DNA of 62,492 nt, the filler included, from Choristocarpus tenellus KU-1152 (lineage: Eukaryota > Protista > Phaeophyceae): assembly GCA_964200185.2 (NCBI GenBank). It is 11 parts of 11 records of this genome, joined end to end, with 100 filler letters (N's around TTAATTAATTAA, not from the genome) between each part and the next. Parts side by side here need not be neighbours in the genome. Positions count along the whole stretch, not along the records: positions 36,393 to 39,462 come from CAXNAD020022532.1; positions 39,563 to 48,236 come from CAXNAD020004456.1; positions 48,337 to 59,124 come from CAXNAD020002710.1; 8 more parts are not named here. One strand, written 5' to 3'. Of this stretch, positions 39,115 through 53,570 are shown piece by piece. A program made the position numbers and the translations under genes. Under the pieces are notes generated by a model. That model was given only the letters and a program-made list of their open reading frames with translations, did not search any database and was not told the origin of the DNA. Positions within the stretch are counted from its first letter, which is position 1; each line of letters opens with the position of its first letter.

Positions 39115-39562
39115 CGTATGTACACAGTATTATTTGTACCCGGTATATTCTCCCCCCTGCTTGATTATTGAACAATAGCCCTATTTCAGAACAATGTCAT
39201 CCGACCGTACTCACCACATTCACTTTGCAGTTACCACGCCTAGATGTCTGATATACAAAGCTAGAGATCCCTCCAGCGTGGAGTTATGTGTTACCTATGT
39301 GCGTATATTCACGTGCGATATGTTTTTAATGCTGCCCAAATTTCATCTCATCCGGCCGTTCCCGCACTGCTGCAGCAGATACCACGCGTAAATATATACA
39401 GATTAGAGATCCGCTGCTGGCATACGATCCCTCTAGGATTCCATCCCCCGTCCCTTGTATCCNNNNNNNNNNNNNNNNNNNNNNNNNNNNNNNNNNNNNN
39501 NNNNNNTTAATTAATTAANNNNNNNNNNNNNNNNNNNNNNNNNNNNNNNNNNNNNNNNNNNN

Positions 39563-39734
39563 GTGTTTGTTAGGAAGTGTCAATATCTATGTTTCGGACA
39601 CACCTTTCATAACGTATACATTACCTACTCCGAAACTTTCGGAGTCGGAAAATGTCGTAAAAAACCCATGGGAAGCCAAGCCCCACAATTGGACAAACAG
39701 GGAAAAATTCGTACCCTCTAAGATAGTTTCACTC
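39563..39734 (-). mobile_element. MITE family A, truncated by contig start
   Basis: Ends ...GTACCCTCTAAGATAGTTTCACTC. Confidence 0.8.
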
Positions 39735-40649
39735 ATTAATAGCACACAGATGGGCATCTCTGCTGTCTGCACTAATATGTAGGTCAATCTCCCAATAATC
39801 GTTTTGAGAGTGCAGTACCACTATGTACTTAACCCATCCACCAGCACTCGTACGTAATGTCATTGCTTCATTTTTCTGATGAAAGTGCTTTGATCACAAA
39901 GGTATATTGTCAAGAGCAATAATCTGCTGCTACATGCAGTCCTTTAATTAAAAATCCTTGCAGTTTTCTTTGATCCGTTCCTCCTCAAAGCTATCTTGTT
40001 CCCCAATTCGAGTTAATGTTCTTCATCGATAACGAACTTGATTAAGAGAGTCCCTCTTGCCATGACTACCCCTCTTTCAAAGGTTGGCGCCACAAAGTTC
40101 AAGGCCTTGGAGATGCTTGGAGAGATAGATATGCATGATACCGAGAGCGATCGCATTGACAGGGCGGAGACGTGAGAATGTTGTTGACACATCATGATAT
40201 TGCAAGAACATAATATTTTCTTCTCTTAAAATAATTCTATATAGGAGGAGTAAATTCAGGAGTTTTTGCATAGTTCAAAGGAGATAAACACATAACATAA
40301 TTGATTCCTTTCATATCTCAATCTTATAGCTTGTCCATACATGAGGTTGAGCAATACATAGAGAAGTATTCACTGAATTTTCCACCCGAGAATAGCATTA
40401 TTCCCAATTAAACATTAATTGAGAGTTAAGAGTAGTCTGGAATATATGTGTCATCTACTGAGGGTTGCAATTCAATCGCTTCCTGTTCGCTCATTGTTGC
40501 ATACTTTGCACAGAGCATCTCCTTTCTTTTCAGCCATAGGCCCTGTTCTTGTGGAGTGGAAGCTGCAGGCTTAGTACTTTCTAAATGTTCAAATATGATG
40601 TTCAGGTTGTCACATTGGTAAATTATAAGTGAAAATATCCCTTAATCTT

Positions 40650-41330
40650 GGTATATCCAAATAACCTGCTTTCCCCATCCTATGTTGCTACACCCCTTCC
40701 AAGGTGGATGTGTATAGACCTGGCTGCTGTGAGCATCAAACCCAAATGTATAATTGAGGAATATCGTGCACTAAGCTCAAACGTTTTGAGTGACATTGCT
40801 CAAGGAAATGATCCAGAAGATATGGTAACAACACAAATATGTAGATCAATCAAGTCCCACTCCCCCAACACTGTTGAATTGGGGGTTGGGGGGTTGAGAC
40901 AAACACTGGGTCATTCCTCTAGAGTGTTCCTGACTTCAATAGGAGAGGAGATTGCAAGTGGCAATAGGAGCGTACCAGGTGCGATTTTGACCAAATTGAT
41001 TAGAAACGATTAGAAAGGTCATTGCCCATGGAATGGTGGGTACGATAGTAACCTTTAAATGATTCCCTTTCACTTTTCCAAAAGACTTCCCTTGGCATAA
41101 GGGTTTTACATCCAATACATGCAGCACACAATCGATCCTGCAGCAGTATGGACAATTTAGAATGTGAACAAGCAGGGCTGCACACAATCATTCCTGCAGC
41201 AGTATGAACAATTGAGAATGTGAATAAGCAGGGCTGCCCAAAATCTCCCCATGCTTGTGTTAGGTCAGCTAGATTCAAATGATATCGGTGCATCAATGGA
41301 CACCAACCAGAATATCGACAAGTCATTTTG
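40650..41330 (-). pseudogene. Possible degenerate LTR-retrotransposon integrase remnant
   Basis: Weak ordered traces (C..C..K; IVPTIPW; YTHPPWKG resembling YHPQxNG) with many stops. Includes a ~57-bp direct duplication at 41128-41238. Confidence 0.2.
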
Positions 41331-41949
41331 TGTGGAGGACATCACCTATTGGGGAGAAAGAGGGGGTAATGAAGGTCTTCATCAACGGAAGGAAGTGCTA
41401 CATTCTACTCACATGAACTCGGGGTGTGTTTTCCTTTTCTGTTTTCATCTTGACCTAAGGAACAAGGTTCTGTACGTGCAGATAAATACAATTTAACGCC
41501 ATCGTATTAGATTGAAATAGCATGTCGTATGGGATATAAAATTCAAGGAAGGTGTTTCTAATTATTGCAAGCAAGCAATGCATGTCTCGTTTTTGTTACT
41601 GGTCATGACATGTATTTGCCTCACTCTCGAAAACCGACAGGCCTGCTCACAGTGTCAACGGAAAGGTTCTCTACAGACACTTAAACAAGGAAATCAACTC
41701 ATACAGAACATGCAATTCCTTGGTGCGTGGCGACGGCTCGTGCTGACAATATGCTTCATGCTTGAGGGAGATTCGCATCACCAGTATTGCATTTTTTGCG
41801 CTATAGAGGAGTTGCAAATTGTCATTCGCAATCTTATCAGTATGTTGAGCTCTTGGAGCAACTACCCGCCCTTGCCCATACGTACAACCCTATAGTCAGC
41901 AGTGTTTTGGTCATTTCTGCTCCCATGACCTCACCTTCATCAAAATTAA

Positions 41950-42330
41950 ACTTCAGTCCCACCCACCCCATTTCTCCGCCCCCAACAATGGCAGTTGCCC
42001 ACATACTTTCCAAAAAAGGCCCAGGTAACCTCCAACGCTTGTCACCTGTTCATTGCAGGTGGTCTGTAAAGGTTCTAGAAAGGAGCCTACACTGTCCCGA
42101 GGGAACCATGACGTTACACCCTCAACCGTTCTGCAAACACACCCACCTTTATCTGTCTACAACCGTCGTCGGTACTGCAGTGGTGCTAGTGATGTCATCC
42201 TCCCTCCTATCGCTGCCCCTCCCTCTTGTCATAGTAATATGCCAATCCCTTAATCCGGGGAAGATTGGCTCGATAAATGAACTTACACCCCCTTTAAGGC
42301 TGAAAAACTGTACAAATGTCCAGCTGGGGT
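41950..42330 (-). pseudogene. Possible degenerate DDD transposase remnant (SDG..Q.K / W.FF...HGK type)
   Basis: One minus frame with stops reads ...HCSTDDGCRQIK...LEVTWAFFGKYVGNCHCWG. Confidence 0.25.
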
Positions 42331-42705
42331 TTGTTAGTGGTTAATCTTCTGGGACAGTCAAGTTTGGGGACAGTGAAAGTAACAGTTTAGAGGACAAAAT
42401 ATAAAGTTGTTGTCAAGTGCATGACGAGCAATACTAGTGATAACCAGATAGTAGAGGCAAGCAAAGATTTTGAGCACCAGTACTTGTCAGCAGAGCATCC
42501 AGAAGTCAAGAAGAGGCTAAGGAAAATGGGAAAGGCCAGGTGACAACAATTGTGATCTGTCCTGTTCTCCACCTCATTGTGCAATTGACAAGAGAGTAGT
42601 ACTCAAAACGACATAGGGGAGATTATTTGCAGGTGGGTGAGGCAACAATCACCTTGCCATTGAGTTGATATATTGAGTGAGCGTTCTACTATTCATCTTG
42701 CCCAA

Positions 42706-42910
42706 GGCTCAAAGTATCTGGGAGGGGGTGGCGGCAGTCCATTTGGGGTTAATTTTTTCATATCGTGATTTTTGGGTGATTTAGTTGCCATACATCGGAT
42801 GGATAATGCAAATGCACATTTCCCGATTTTGGTCCAAATGGACACCCTCGTGTAGACCCCCCCCCCCCCCCCCCAAACCTTGTGTGCCCCACCCCCAGAT
42901 ACTTTGGGTC
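42706..42910 (+). mobile_element. MITE family B (~205 bp, G-run TIRs)
   Basis: GGCTCAAAGTATCTGGGAGGGG...CCCCAGATACTTTGGGTC with a perfect 4-bp TSD CCAA. Confidence 0.85.
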
Positions 42911-44585
42911 CCAAGCAACCTCATAGCTGAAGCGCTCAGTTCCAAAACTGCTTTCATTTGGGGATTCTTATTAGATATTGCTTGGAAATAGTAAATTGCT
43001 CCGAGTATATTACTACCTCAAAGGTGCTCGCAGAGCTTACAGCCCTTTACCGATTGTTCTATAATTTTCTTCTACCTCAGTCAACAAGCCTATCTTGACA
43101 ACCCCCAATGCCACTTGTTTTGAGGGGCAGGTCAGAGTATGGCAGCCACCTCTGCTATGTTGATATTAGGGTGGCAAAATGGACAGTAACGGTTTTGAAC
43201 TCCTTCAATGATCCCGTTGCCCTCTCACTTATAAGAAATTCCAATCAACGTATGTGTATTTATTTATCAATGGAATGAATCGCACCCATTAATGGCGTAA
43301 GATTCAAACACCCCTATCTCACTCACATCAGGAAATTGTTTGATTCCAGTATCGACCTATAGGAATGCTCGTGAAGAGTAGACTGCTACACATGCACATG
43401 CACATGGATTGTACATAACCCTAACCTTCGCCCCAAGCCAAACTCCATAATTGGTGTAACTCAAACCCCTACTAGCATAACCCAACATATTCCCACAAAG
43501 TTGGGAGGGGAAATGTGCTAGGTGGTACTCATGATTTTGGTGTAATGGCTTATAGCTAACTACACCATATGATGGCGTGTCACACTCAGCACGCCAAAGA
43601 TGTAAAGCAAGCACAACATGGTAATGAACATGGTCAACTTCAGAGAAGTTAATATATTGTATGAGCCTCTTGACCACCCACGGTCAAGAATTTGGAAACT
43701 TGAATTGGGTAATAGACAAACACAATTACCTTTTTTTTCCATCTCTGGGTTGACCAAACATGATTGTGGTGATTGTGGCGATTGTGATGTTGGGTTGGTT
43801 TGCTGCACATACCGTAATGTCAATCAGCCATATTGTGCATAGGCTTTGGCATGGGTGAAATGAGATATAGCTCAAAGAGTTGCAGTGGATGCTACCTTTT
43901 TGGATACTACCACTTCAATCTGGTGTAGTAATAACCAGTGTTGTGCTCAAGTTCTGTGTGCCGATAGAAGCATATAATACAGTATGATCGATTCGTGTAC
44001 GTATATGTAACGTTCCATACAATACATATTTGTCCATTAACGGTACGATGAATCAGTTCTTGTTCATGCGTCAGGTGATGGCTGACACTGACAACAGCAC
44101 ATAACTTCATTCATGAACAATCTACCATGACACCCACCACCAGTTCTCCGCGACGAGCCTTTCTCCACGAAACTATACAACATCTAAAATACACACTTCT
44201 TGAGTTGATATTGATGTGGTTTTCTGCATGACTTGGTGCACCTTACCTTCCGTTTCGGAATGCCTCTGTCAATTTTTGGCGACAGGAGTTTCCAGTAATT
44301 GTGGTACATGATCGGGAAGCCCAGCACCCACTCTTTACCACAGTAGTGAGTGTTCTGTTCTGTTGCATGGAACCCCCGATTATAATTTTCCATGCAGTTT
44401 AACCTTCACACGTGTAATGATGAATGCATGATCGGGCGGTGATTCAGTGTTTCAGACGCTCAAACCTGCTCCTAGTCCTCCAATCCTGTTTAATATGTGA
44501 AAGTCCTTTCGTTTTCTGCTCTTGTGATGAAGAGATGAGGCGGTAGTTCTCATCAACCAGAATAGAGCTCTGTGTGCTGGCAACT

Positions 44586-44844
44586 GACCCAAAGCACTTA
44601 AAAGGGTAGGGCCACGTCCGTTTGGGTCCAAAATCCAATGTTGTGATTTTGATGAATTTTGGCTATCGTGTTTGTTAGCAAGTGTCAATATCCTTGGTTT
44701 GGGCACATCTTTCATAGTGGTAAACATTTTAGGTAACTGCGTTCACAGAGAAAAACGAGAAAAGGGCAAGAAAAAAACCTTAGGAAGCCAAGCCCCGAAA
44801 GGACAACCACGGCAAAAGCCCTATCCTCTTAAATGCTTTGGGTC
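44586..44844 (-). mobile_element. MITE family A, diverged
   Basis: GACCCAAAGCACTTA...TAAATGCTTTGGGTC; flanks AACT/AACC. Confidence 0.75.
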
Positions 44845-47275
44845 AACCGCGCCTTCATTTCTGTCAAGATCTGGGTCACTCTGACCCTAAGACTCCAATA
44901 TGCAAGAACGTATCTTTCCTGCCTGCCAATAGTCCGATTTCGCCCTCGCTTTCACATTCAGTCCCGCATTATTACTTCCTTGAGACCAATTTGCCAGCCT
45001 CGGCTTCTCAACTCAAGTTTTACAACGACATTTACACACCATAACCCATGTATGGCTCTGATACCATGTTACGTTCATGCCTCACAGTTATATCTATAAT
45101 CATACAACTGACAGGAGTAGGAACAAGAGACATTCACGAAATATCAGTCTTGTCAGTCGAACGCAGCAACCTAAATTTATACAATAAGATAATGGCATAT
45201 CGTAAAATGAAACACCTTCTCTGCAATATCACCTAACCCCAATCAATTGCTGACGACTCACCTATAAATTATTTGTGGGGTGGGGGAATGATCAGATATA
45301 TCCCTCAACCTCCTTGATAATCGTTTATGCTACAACACATACCAATTTCTAAACTTAGACCTACTATTAACACCATTAGTGTTGGTGTTATTACAACAGT
45401 CTGAGCTGTTTCTGGGACGTTGGATAGAGTATATTTCCGCATATAAGAACTATTTTCTCACATACGTTTTCTTGAATTGTTTTCTCACAGTCCTATGAAT
45501 AATGACACATAATTCGAAGTTATATTTGTAAGGATACTAGTCTATGTCATTAGACGCAGAGCGTTGTTTATGCTTGTAACTATTGTCAGACACCCTTACT
45601 CTCTCTTCTACCTGCACTCCTATTGTGGAACATATTTGAGGTTATGGTTTGGTTTTTCCTGTCTGGTTTAGCCCCGTTCTGTGATGGCTTGTTGTTATTT
45701 TAGACTTTCCTGTTAACCACTTTAAAGGTTGGAGTTTCGCACAAACACCACAGCTAAATACATACGTTTATCTCGATCAACCAATTTTCCACAGACAGGA
45801 ACAGATCTCCCCTAACACAGTCCACTCCTTCGACACAGGCACAGCTCATTCTTATTATCCTCCTAGTGCTGCTGGATCAATGTTACTGCCAGTTGGTGGG
45901 GATTCTCCTCTTCTTCCCCCGGGCACAGACCACATAGTCCGCCTCAGTGCGTTCCCTTGTGGAGGTGGTCGAGCACTATGTCTGCTTAGTGTCGGGTGTT
46001 TACTTTCTCCTCGCTTTTTCCCATCCCAGCCCCCACGGATCTACCCAGGCACATACCCTGACTGTTCTTTTCCTCCTGGAGGTGCTATCATAGTATCTAC
46101 TACTGGGCGGAGCTTTCCCTCCTCTTTCCCTCCTTGTGCAGCCCCCTCCTGTCACGCACGCACAGCATTGTACCCTGCAGTTTCCCATCCTGGTTAGAGA
46201 AGGTCAGAATTACCTCATTTTGGTTGTAAGTGAGAGAGGATTTCTTAACAGGTTTTTATTTCTCAGGAGGGTTGACACAACGTGATTGTATGAATGGATG
46301 GAATTCTATCTAGGGGCGTTATTGTGTTGGCAAAGTGTTGAGAACTATTTGCAACATGAGGTACAGGGGCCAAGCGCTCCAGAGGATGTTATTATAAGAA
46401 ACAGCAAGGAGGCAGAAGAATACCTTCACCACTTGTTCGTCCGAAGAACATATACAAACACAGCAACATAACAGGGGCCAGAAACACTCCTGTCCTGATC
46501 CCTTTGGTTGTATTGATTAGAGTGTTGATCCCATGCCTCCCACACCATTGTTTCCATACATCGGAAGCTTAGATGAAAGGAAGTCCTTGTTCCCATGCGT
46601 ACATTTGAGCGGCAGGATATAGGTTGCAAAGTAGGATTAAGTTGGGGCAACAGCCTACAAATCCTACTTTCTGGCATATCATTGTAGGAACATTGATTGC
46701 AAGCAGAGGGGTAAACAGCACCAGATTGCCAAGGAAAATTGGTAACCAGATGTTCCAACTGCAAACTAAGTCAAATATCAAGTTTAATATCACTGAGGGA
46801 TACTCTAGTGTGTGGCAGTGGGTGCAAGGAAAGGCAAGTACCACAACATAATGTCTCAAGAACGATGAATGAAATTTTTGAAGAGACTGTGAGTCAAAGT
46901 TAACGAGACGTACCCAGCATTGGATTTGAAGGATGCTGACAAATATGAGCAAAAATTCTTCTATTTTTGTAAAAGCGTACAGGATATTTCTGAATTGTGT
47001 CAAAACTTCTCAAACAATAGAGAAATCGATGTTCTCACGTCAAACTTAGCACTTCATCCATAGAAAAATGGGTGAATTGCCGAAGATGAAAAACTGGCAT
47101 TATATGCAAAAAAAAAAAAAAACTGACTGTCTCTTGTCTACTTTGGATCTGCTCAGATTATGTAGGTTGTCATTGCGCTATATAGGTCATGACAACTAAA
47201 TTGTATTACCTAGGAGGTATTGATGGTTATCAATATTTGCTTTTTTGGAGGTCTTTTTTCCACGTAAGTCCAACG

Positions 47276-47446
47276 AACAGCCGATTTCAAAAATGGAGGA
47301 TGGAGCTTTTCACTGAGGATGGGCTTAACCCATTTTTTTTTTTTATTGTACAAAAAAAAAACATATCGACGCTTTATCCCAGTCAATTTTGGGTCAAGCT
47401 CATCCTCAATGAAAAGCTCCATTCTCCATTTTTGAAATCGGCTGTT
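47276..47446. repeat. Inverted repeat, ~57-bp arms (foldback/MITE-like)
   Basis: 47276-47332 is the near-perfect reverse complement of 47390-47446. Confidence 0.85.
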
Positions 47447-48180
47447 AATGGCTTGACCAGAAGGTACAAATACTACTTTGAAGTACTCAGTCTATAATAC
47501 TACACATACGTACATGAAAGCTCTCAGGACGATTTTACTTGGGGATCTTAATGCGAGAGTGCATGAAGATACCTTTTTTAAGGGGCGTGTTTTTTTCTCG
47601 TGCGATTGGAGGGCGACCACAAAACCAGATTATTTTTTTTAGTGTTTCTTGAAATCGTTAGTTCAAGAAAGAGGTTGGTCAGGAGGCGAGCTAGTGTTAC
47701 TGCAGAGTCTAGTGTGAAAGGTCGGAGGGGAACCCAACCAAAATTACTGCCACAAGGGCTAATCTCAACTTCACAACGAGGTTTCAATGGACTCAATTAT
47801 TCTAAACTAATTGGGCCAAGGTCATGCTGAGATAAACTCGTGGAAGGAGGCAATACTTGTGAATGGTATCCGTCACGCGGTCAGGAGAATAATGTACGTT
47901 GAGGGTTTGACGACTACTCTGGTCCCATGATCCCCCCCTGCAGAAATCCTCGATGTGTCCTCATCCCTCCCAAAAATACTTGATGACATACCATTGGGGA
48001 GGAGTGTCAAAGGCTTTATAATGACAGCTCTACCTGGTCATTTATCGGGTATCCAATATGCCACAAATCTCAATGGCAGACTCTTTATTTTGTATTTTGT
48101 CATGAACCTTGGACAGTCACACAGGGCAGTTGGGGCGAAAATCATGTGTCTCAGTCGGGTCAAACACACCATGGACTTGA

Positions 48181-48236
48181 GAGTGAAACTATCTTAGAGG
48201 GTACGAATTTTGCCCTGTTTGTCCATTTGGGGCTTG
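48181..48236 (+). mobile_element. MITE family A left end, truncated by contig end
   Basis: GAGTGAAACTATCTTAGAGGGTACGAATTTTGCCCTGTTTGTCCATTTGGGGC. Confidence 0.8.
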
Positions 48237-51196
48237 NNNNNNNNNNNNNNNNNNNNNNNNNNNNNNNNNNNNNNNNNNNNTTAATTAATTAANNNNNNNN
48301 NNNNNNNNNNNNNNNNNNNNNNNNNNNNNNNNNNNNCTTGAGGTGTTGCGACTCTGTACTTCCTGATGCCACTCAAGTCAGGGTATCAGTAGAGTACCCT
48401 GGCCCTGCACTTGCACCTAATATCGGGGCTGTCATCAGTTTGCTGTGTAGGCCTCCACTCGCCCTATTGCTCGCACAGTGTCCTCAGCTGCATTGTGGAT
48501 GGGGAGGGTATCTGCTGTTGCCGAAGTACGTACTTCGTTCCCTCCTGACTATGGCTTTTGAGTGGCTCCATTGTTCTGATCTGGATGACGTTTCATTAGC
48601 TAATGATAACCTGCTCTTGTTGCTTTGGGTCGGTTCCTTATGTTGATGCATATGTTGAGAAACTTGGTGCACGTAAGGCTCATCGCTGGAAGCTAGCAGT
48701 TGAATTACACGATAAAGCATACACTGAATTATTTATTGTCCGCAGGGTATTGTCCGCTTGGTGTCCAATATAACTTACATTACTGCTATTGTCCCACTAC
48801 ATCAACTGCAATAATGTCCCATTGGCCCTCCATAACGTACCGCTGTGCACGTCACTACTTTGTATTTTACTGAATTAAAGATTAACATAAATAAAACCTA
48901 TAATATATACTTGATCAGCAAAGATAGCATAAGGATAACAGTACGTTATTCGACATCCCACCCACCACATACAGCCCTAACCCTCATTCTCCAAACGCCT
49001 TCCGCGGTGGAAACGAATAACAAGAAAATCCTCTATCTTTTTTAGTCCCTCGTTTCATGAAAAAAAAATTGAGCTCCTCCATTTCAAAGGACAAAACCGA
49101 GACTTTGACGGATTCTGTTGGCTCCTGTGGGAAACTCAAATCCCATGTCTCAGAGATTCAGCATCAGGCCCAATACTCGACGTGAAGGCAGGTGGGTAGA
49201 ACGGTAGATGAATCTCCTTTTCGACACGACTTTGTTCTTTGCTTGACAAGCCTGTCACAGTTTGAGTACGCCTGATGCCGACTCTAGGAAACTAGAAACG
49301 TTTGCGTCCCTCAACTTTACGTCGTTGAATGAAAGTGTAAACTTTCCTATGCCCGTGCATATGGAACATCGGTAAGTTGGACATTTTCCCACACAATGAA
49401 AAATTCCAAGATTGCTCTGCCCGTGATGTCCGTCCACGACCTAGTGGGTTCTCGTGCCACGGATACCCTGAGTCTTGTCCCAACCCCGCTGTATTCCATA
49501 GTGGACATGAAATTTGTGTAGATTTAATATCTAATATTTATAATCGGGGGGAATATAATATCAATTGCAGTAGAGTTGAGTCGTAGTGTTTTCTATCGCT
49601 CTAACCAAGTTGATCCCAGGTCTGTGTGTTTATGAGTTCGTATTTCAATCGTTTCCGACTTGGTTTCTTTTCTTTTCCATTCCCCATCCCCCCCATGAAT
49701 GTTTGCTTTACCGACACAAAACGAGTACATTATTTCGTCCTGTTTCTGTGCCCATTCTATTTTCCATCCCGAGGTGGTTGGCTTACCAGGCCTACGAAAT
49801 AGGTTTGAAGTATATAATCCAGTTGGGGTACGTGCCATGTATTCTCGTCAATTCAGGTGAAGGGCTGATGAGAAGCACAACAAAGATGAAGAGATTAAGG
49901 TGTCCTGAATTGAGTTCCTTCCAATGTATTTCATATGCAGATAAAACCATCACAGGAGCTCTCTTTTTTCACATTGAGCCAGCAGGCCAGCGCTCAAGGG
50001 AGTCACTCTACACTATAAACATGTGCATAGAGTGTTTGTGTTTGAATTGCTGTGCATTCACTGATCCTGATTTTTTTTATTACATTCCATAACTTGATGG
50101 GCCTCTCATTCATGCTTTGTACACACAGTCACACATCATATTATACTGTATGTTCTCCATTTCCTTACAATGATTGAGGTATTTTCCTCCACCAGGACAG
50201 AAGTAGTTACCCAATCTTGTTGCTCCCCACACAGTTGATGACGGCCCATGATGAGAATCAATACACTGCAATGGGATTCAAAGATCTGTAATGAGGCAGA
50301 ACAGTCAGTGTAAGGAACACAACATTTGATCAAATCCCTTCTTAATTTCTTATCCCACCCTCGAGCTCTTCTTCATTACTCCCTCACTGTGTTTAAAATA
50401 GACAATGCACCTATAGAGCGGGTTATCATTATTTACAGTGTCACTACCATTCACCCCAGGAGGACAGAGGCTCCTGACGACCAAGGGAAGCCAATACTGC
50501 AACTCTCAATAAGCCCAAGAGATTATTGACATGACTGGGAGGAGAAAATGCGGTAAGCAGATAGATATCAGGATATCATTTTGAGAGATATTCTATCAAG
50601 GCAAAAGTGTGTATTTGTGGAATGGTGCCCACACACTGGAAAGGAAATCACTGTAGAAAAATGTCCAAAAAAATTTGTTTGGAGTAAACTTGGTATACTA
50701 AAGGTATTATGAGAACGTCCTCCTCTGGGAAACCTACAGCTGTAGAATGGGCACACTTGACCATGAAGGGAACAAATTCGTCTTCCAAGAGGAAGTACAG
50801 ATTGCAAAAGTACTTGAACCAATCTACTGGATTTGAATTATTTTTTGAGAGGGTGAAACCTTGTTAAGTCCGAATCAGGTATTCACAATGTATTAGTGAC
50901 AGCGGTGACGTTTTGTGGATTTTATGGATTGAATTCTTCCGATTGTGGTGGTTCTCAAAAGCCTGTGTAAGATTTGCAATATAGTTATGGATCGATAATC
51001 AAATTTCTACCAATAAAGGACTGCAGCATTATTCTGTATAGTTTTGGCCTCTGTTACTTGCCGATCCCTGTTGTTTTAATCACGTCTCAATCCATGGTCT
51101 CGTCTAATCAGTGTAGGAATCAGAGGGGGGAAGATGGTTGTACATGATGAAAATGGTTGAGCACACCACTATTTCTGCCTTTGCATAGAGCTTCTT

Positions 51197-51454
51197 GAGT
51201 GAAAGTGTCTTAGAGGGTACGAGTTTTGCCCTGTTTGTCCGTTTGGTGCTTGACTTCCCACGTTTTTTTTTACGACATTTTCCTACTCCAAAATGTACGG
51301 GAGTAGGTAAAATATGTATGTTGCGAGGAGTCGTGTCCAGAACAAGTGTATTGACACTTCCTAACAACACGATAGCCAAAATTACATCAAAATCACAACA
51401 TTGGAATTTTTCCCCCAAACGGACGTGGATCTACCCTCATAGATATTTTGGCTC
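51197..51454 (+). mobile_element. MITE family A
   Basis: TIR-bounded copy with a perfect TSD TCTT. Confidence 0.85.
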
Positions 51455-53570
51455 TCTTTGATCATTTGAGGAGTGTGAAAATATGATGGAATTTTATGAG
51501 TGCATATCGGGTTCATGTATGCATTCAAGTGAATTTTGTCCAGGAGGTGTTGCATCAGATTTACCGAATGGACTTCTTGAGGATATTAATTATTTTAACA
51601 GTAATTTTCAAAACCAACTATCTGGTGATGAAACATTGCTCAATAATAACTGAATATTGAAGCAGTGGCTAGTTGGTGTTGGTGTTGTTAGTCAAAAGCA
51701 GCGGACAGGTATTGTGTCAATCTAGAAATAGGAAAAATGGCATAGATAGATAGCTTTGAAATACGAGAACTTGCTGTGTAAAGTAGACACAATAAAATAG
51801 CAACTACTTCCTTGACCTTAAACCAAGAGAAGTGGGCGTTGAGTTTTTTGTTGATCGTGGAGCAATATTTGATCAGGTAATTAATTATGCAGTGAAGGTT
51901 AATGCTGATCTGCTGATGCTTTCTGCACACAGATGTCATAATCCATGATTGTGTTGTTGTTAACTAGAGAAATTATAGCTTAATATCAAACATGCTATTA
52001 CGGAATATTTAACAAAGCTTGGTATTCTTTGCATTTTTTTAAACTCTAGGTTCATTGGCACTTAACCTCATTCTTGTTTGTTTAATGACCAAGTCTGGTG
52101 TTGTTGATGTGCTTAGTAAGAAAGGTACTGACAGAGTCTTCATAAATTAACAGGGAGTGTCAATGCAGCAAAACGTAGTCCGAAGAAGATGGCATAATAT
52201 ATATTCCAACTCTCACCATTTTGTAGTAAATAGGTGTAAGATTTGCTAGTTTGTTGGTGGATATATTAGATTTGTACTAAAAATATATGGAAAGAGCTAA
52301 ATATGTTCAGGTAAAATTTGAAATAAGAAATATATCTGAAGCCATACAAAGAGAAATATTGGAGGTACAAAATAATATAGTAAAGCTGCAATACTATCTC
52401 TTTCTACATTTGAGAACTTACCAGCAAAATCCTGTAAATTTGTTAACCCGATCTCTTACCACCACGTTACTACTAGCTTTTTGTTCTATAATCTTCACAT
52501 TTTTATCAATGGTAGCAGACAGCTCACTAAGCCAGTGATTGTACACCTCTTAAACATATCTTTCTACATATCACCCCATATTCCTTCAGGAAGTTGCATT
52601 TCAAATTGTTTCTTTATATTTTGTTGTTGTGATCTCTCTCTCAAGTAAATGTGCACTTAAGTATTTTGAACTTGTAGTAGTCGAAAATCATTTCGTGTGG
52701 TTTTCCCTCTGACTGGCAAACAAATAGGCAAGGTCATAGTGTCCCCACTACCCTCCTATCCTATAGAAGATATATTGCTGGTTTTGAATTTAGGTTGACA
52801 GAGTGTTGTGGTGCCCATTGATCATTCATACCCCTTGACATACGTTGATACGATCACTCTCTGCATCATGCCCTCCCTAAAGCAAGCCACCTCATAATTG
52901 GTTTGGTCCTAAATTCAGAATATTCTGCTCCTCATGCAGAGGGAGCATGTATAACCACATCTCCTTCTAGCAGTGATGCTAAAGTACAGGTTGTGGCAAT
53001 AGTAAGTGTGCACACAAGGGTTTGTGGGGCAAAGACGACAAAGGCTTACGGAGTCTAGTAGAAGTAGCATTTGCCCATGAAAGCAGAAACTTCGATTTGT
53101 GTAGGCACAGTGTGTTAAGAAATGTCAGGAGGATTTGTCTAGGTAGAATAAAATAGAGTCGTATCAGTGCAAGCTAGGCCCGACTATCACCCATTCCTAG
53201 AATCACCACAGTCTTACAGCTCTCTCAGTCATCACTCCAATTTTGTCCTACCACACCTTCCGCTTCCTACTTTATCCCTTGTCATCAAACAAATCATTTC
53301 CCCTCACAATCCAGTACTTTGTACATCCTTCTTACCACGTACATACTCCTGCCCCCCATCTCAAGACATTAAAATACTACCACCCTCTTGCAATATCAAG
53401 GACGCACATGCTCAACACTGTGCAGTAAAATATTTCTATGACTCAATATGTCATCTTGTTGTTCTTGGAGGACCCAGTAGCACTTAGAAAGACAGGAGAG
53501 AAGAGACTTATGATGAACCCTTCACATGGACAACATCACAAAGCCTAGGCATTACCCTTGAACATTACAG

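Noticed and set aside
43357-43850. Copia integrase remnant
   Set aside because: Only a faint TPSYGV resemblance to TPxxNGV; not enough support.
49090-50555. Additional upstream exons of the IQ gene
   Set aside because: Splice-like signals exist, but no consistent in-frame chain could be established by eye.
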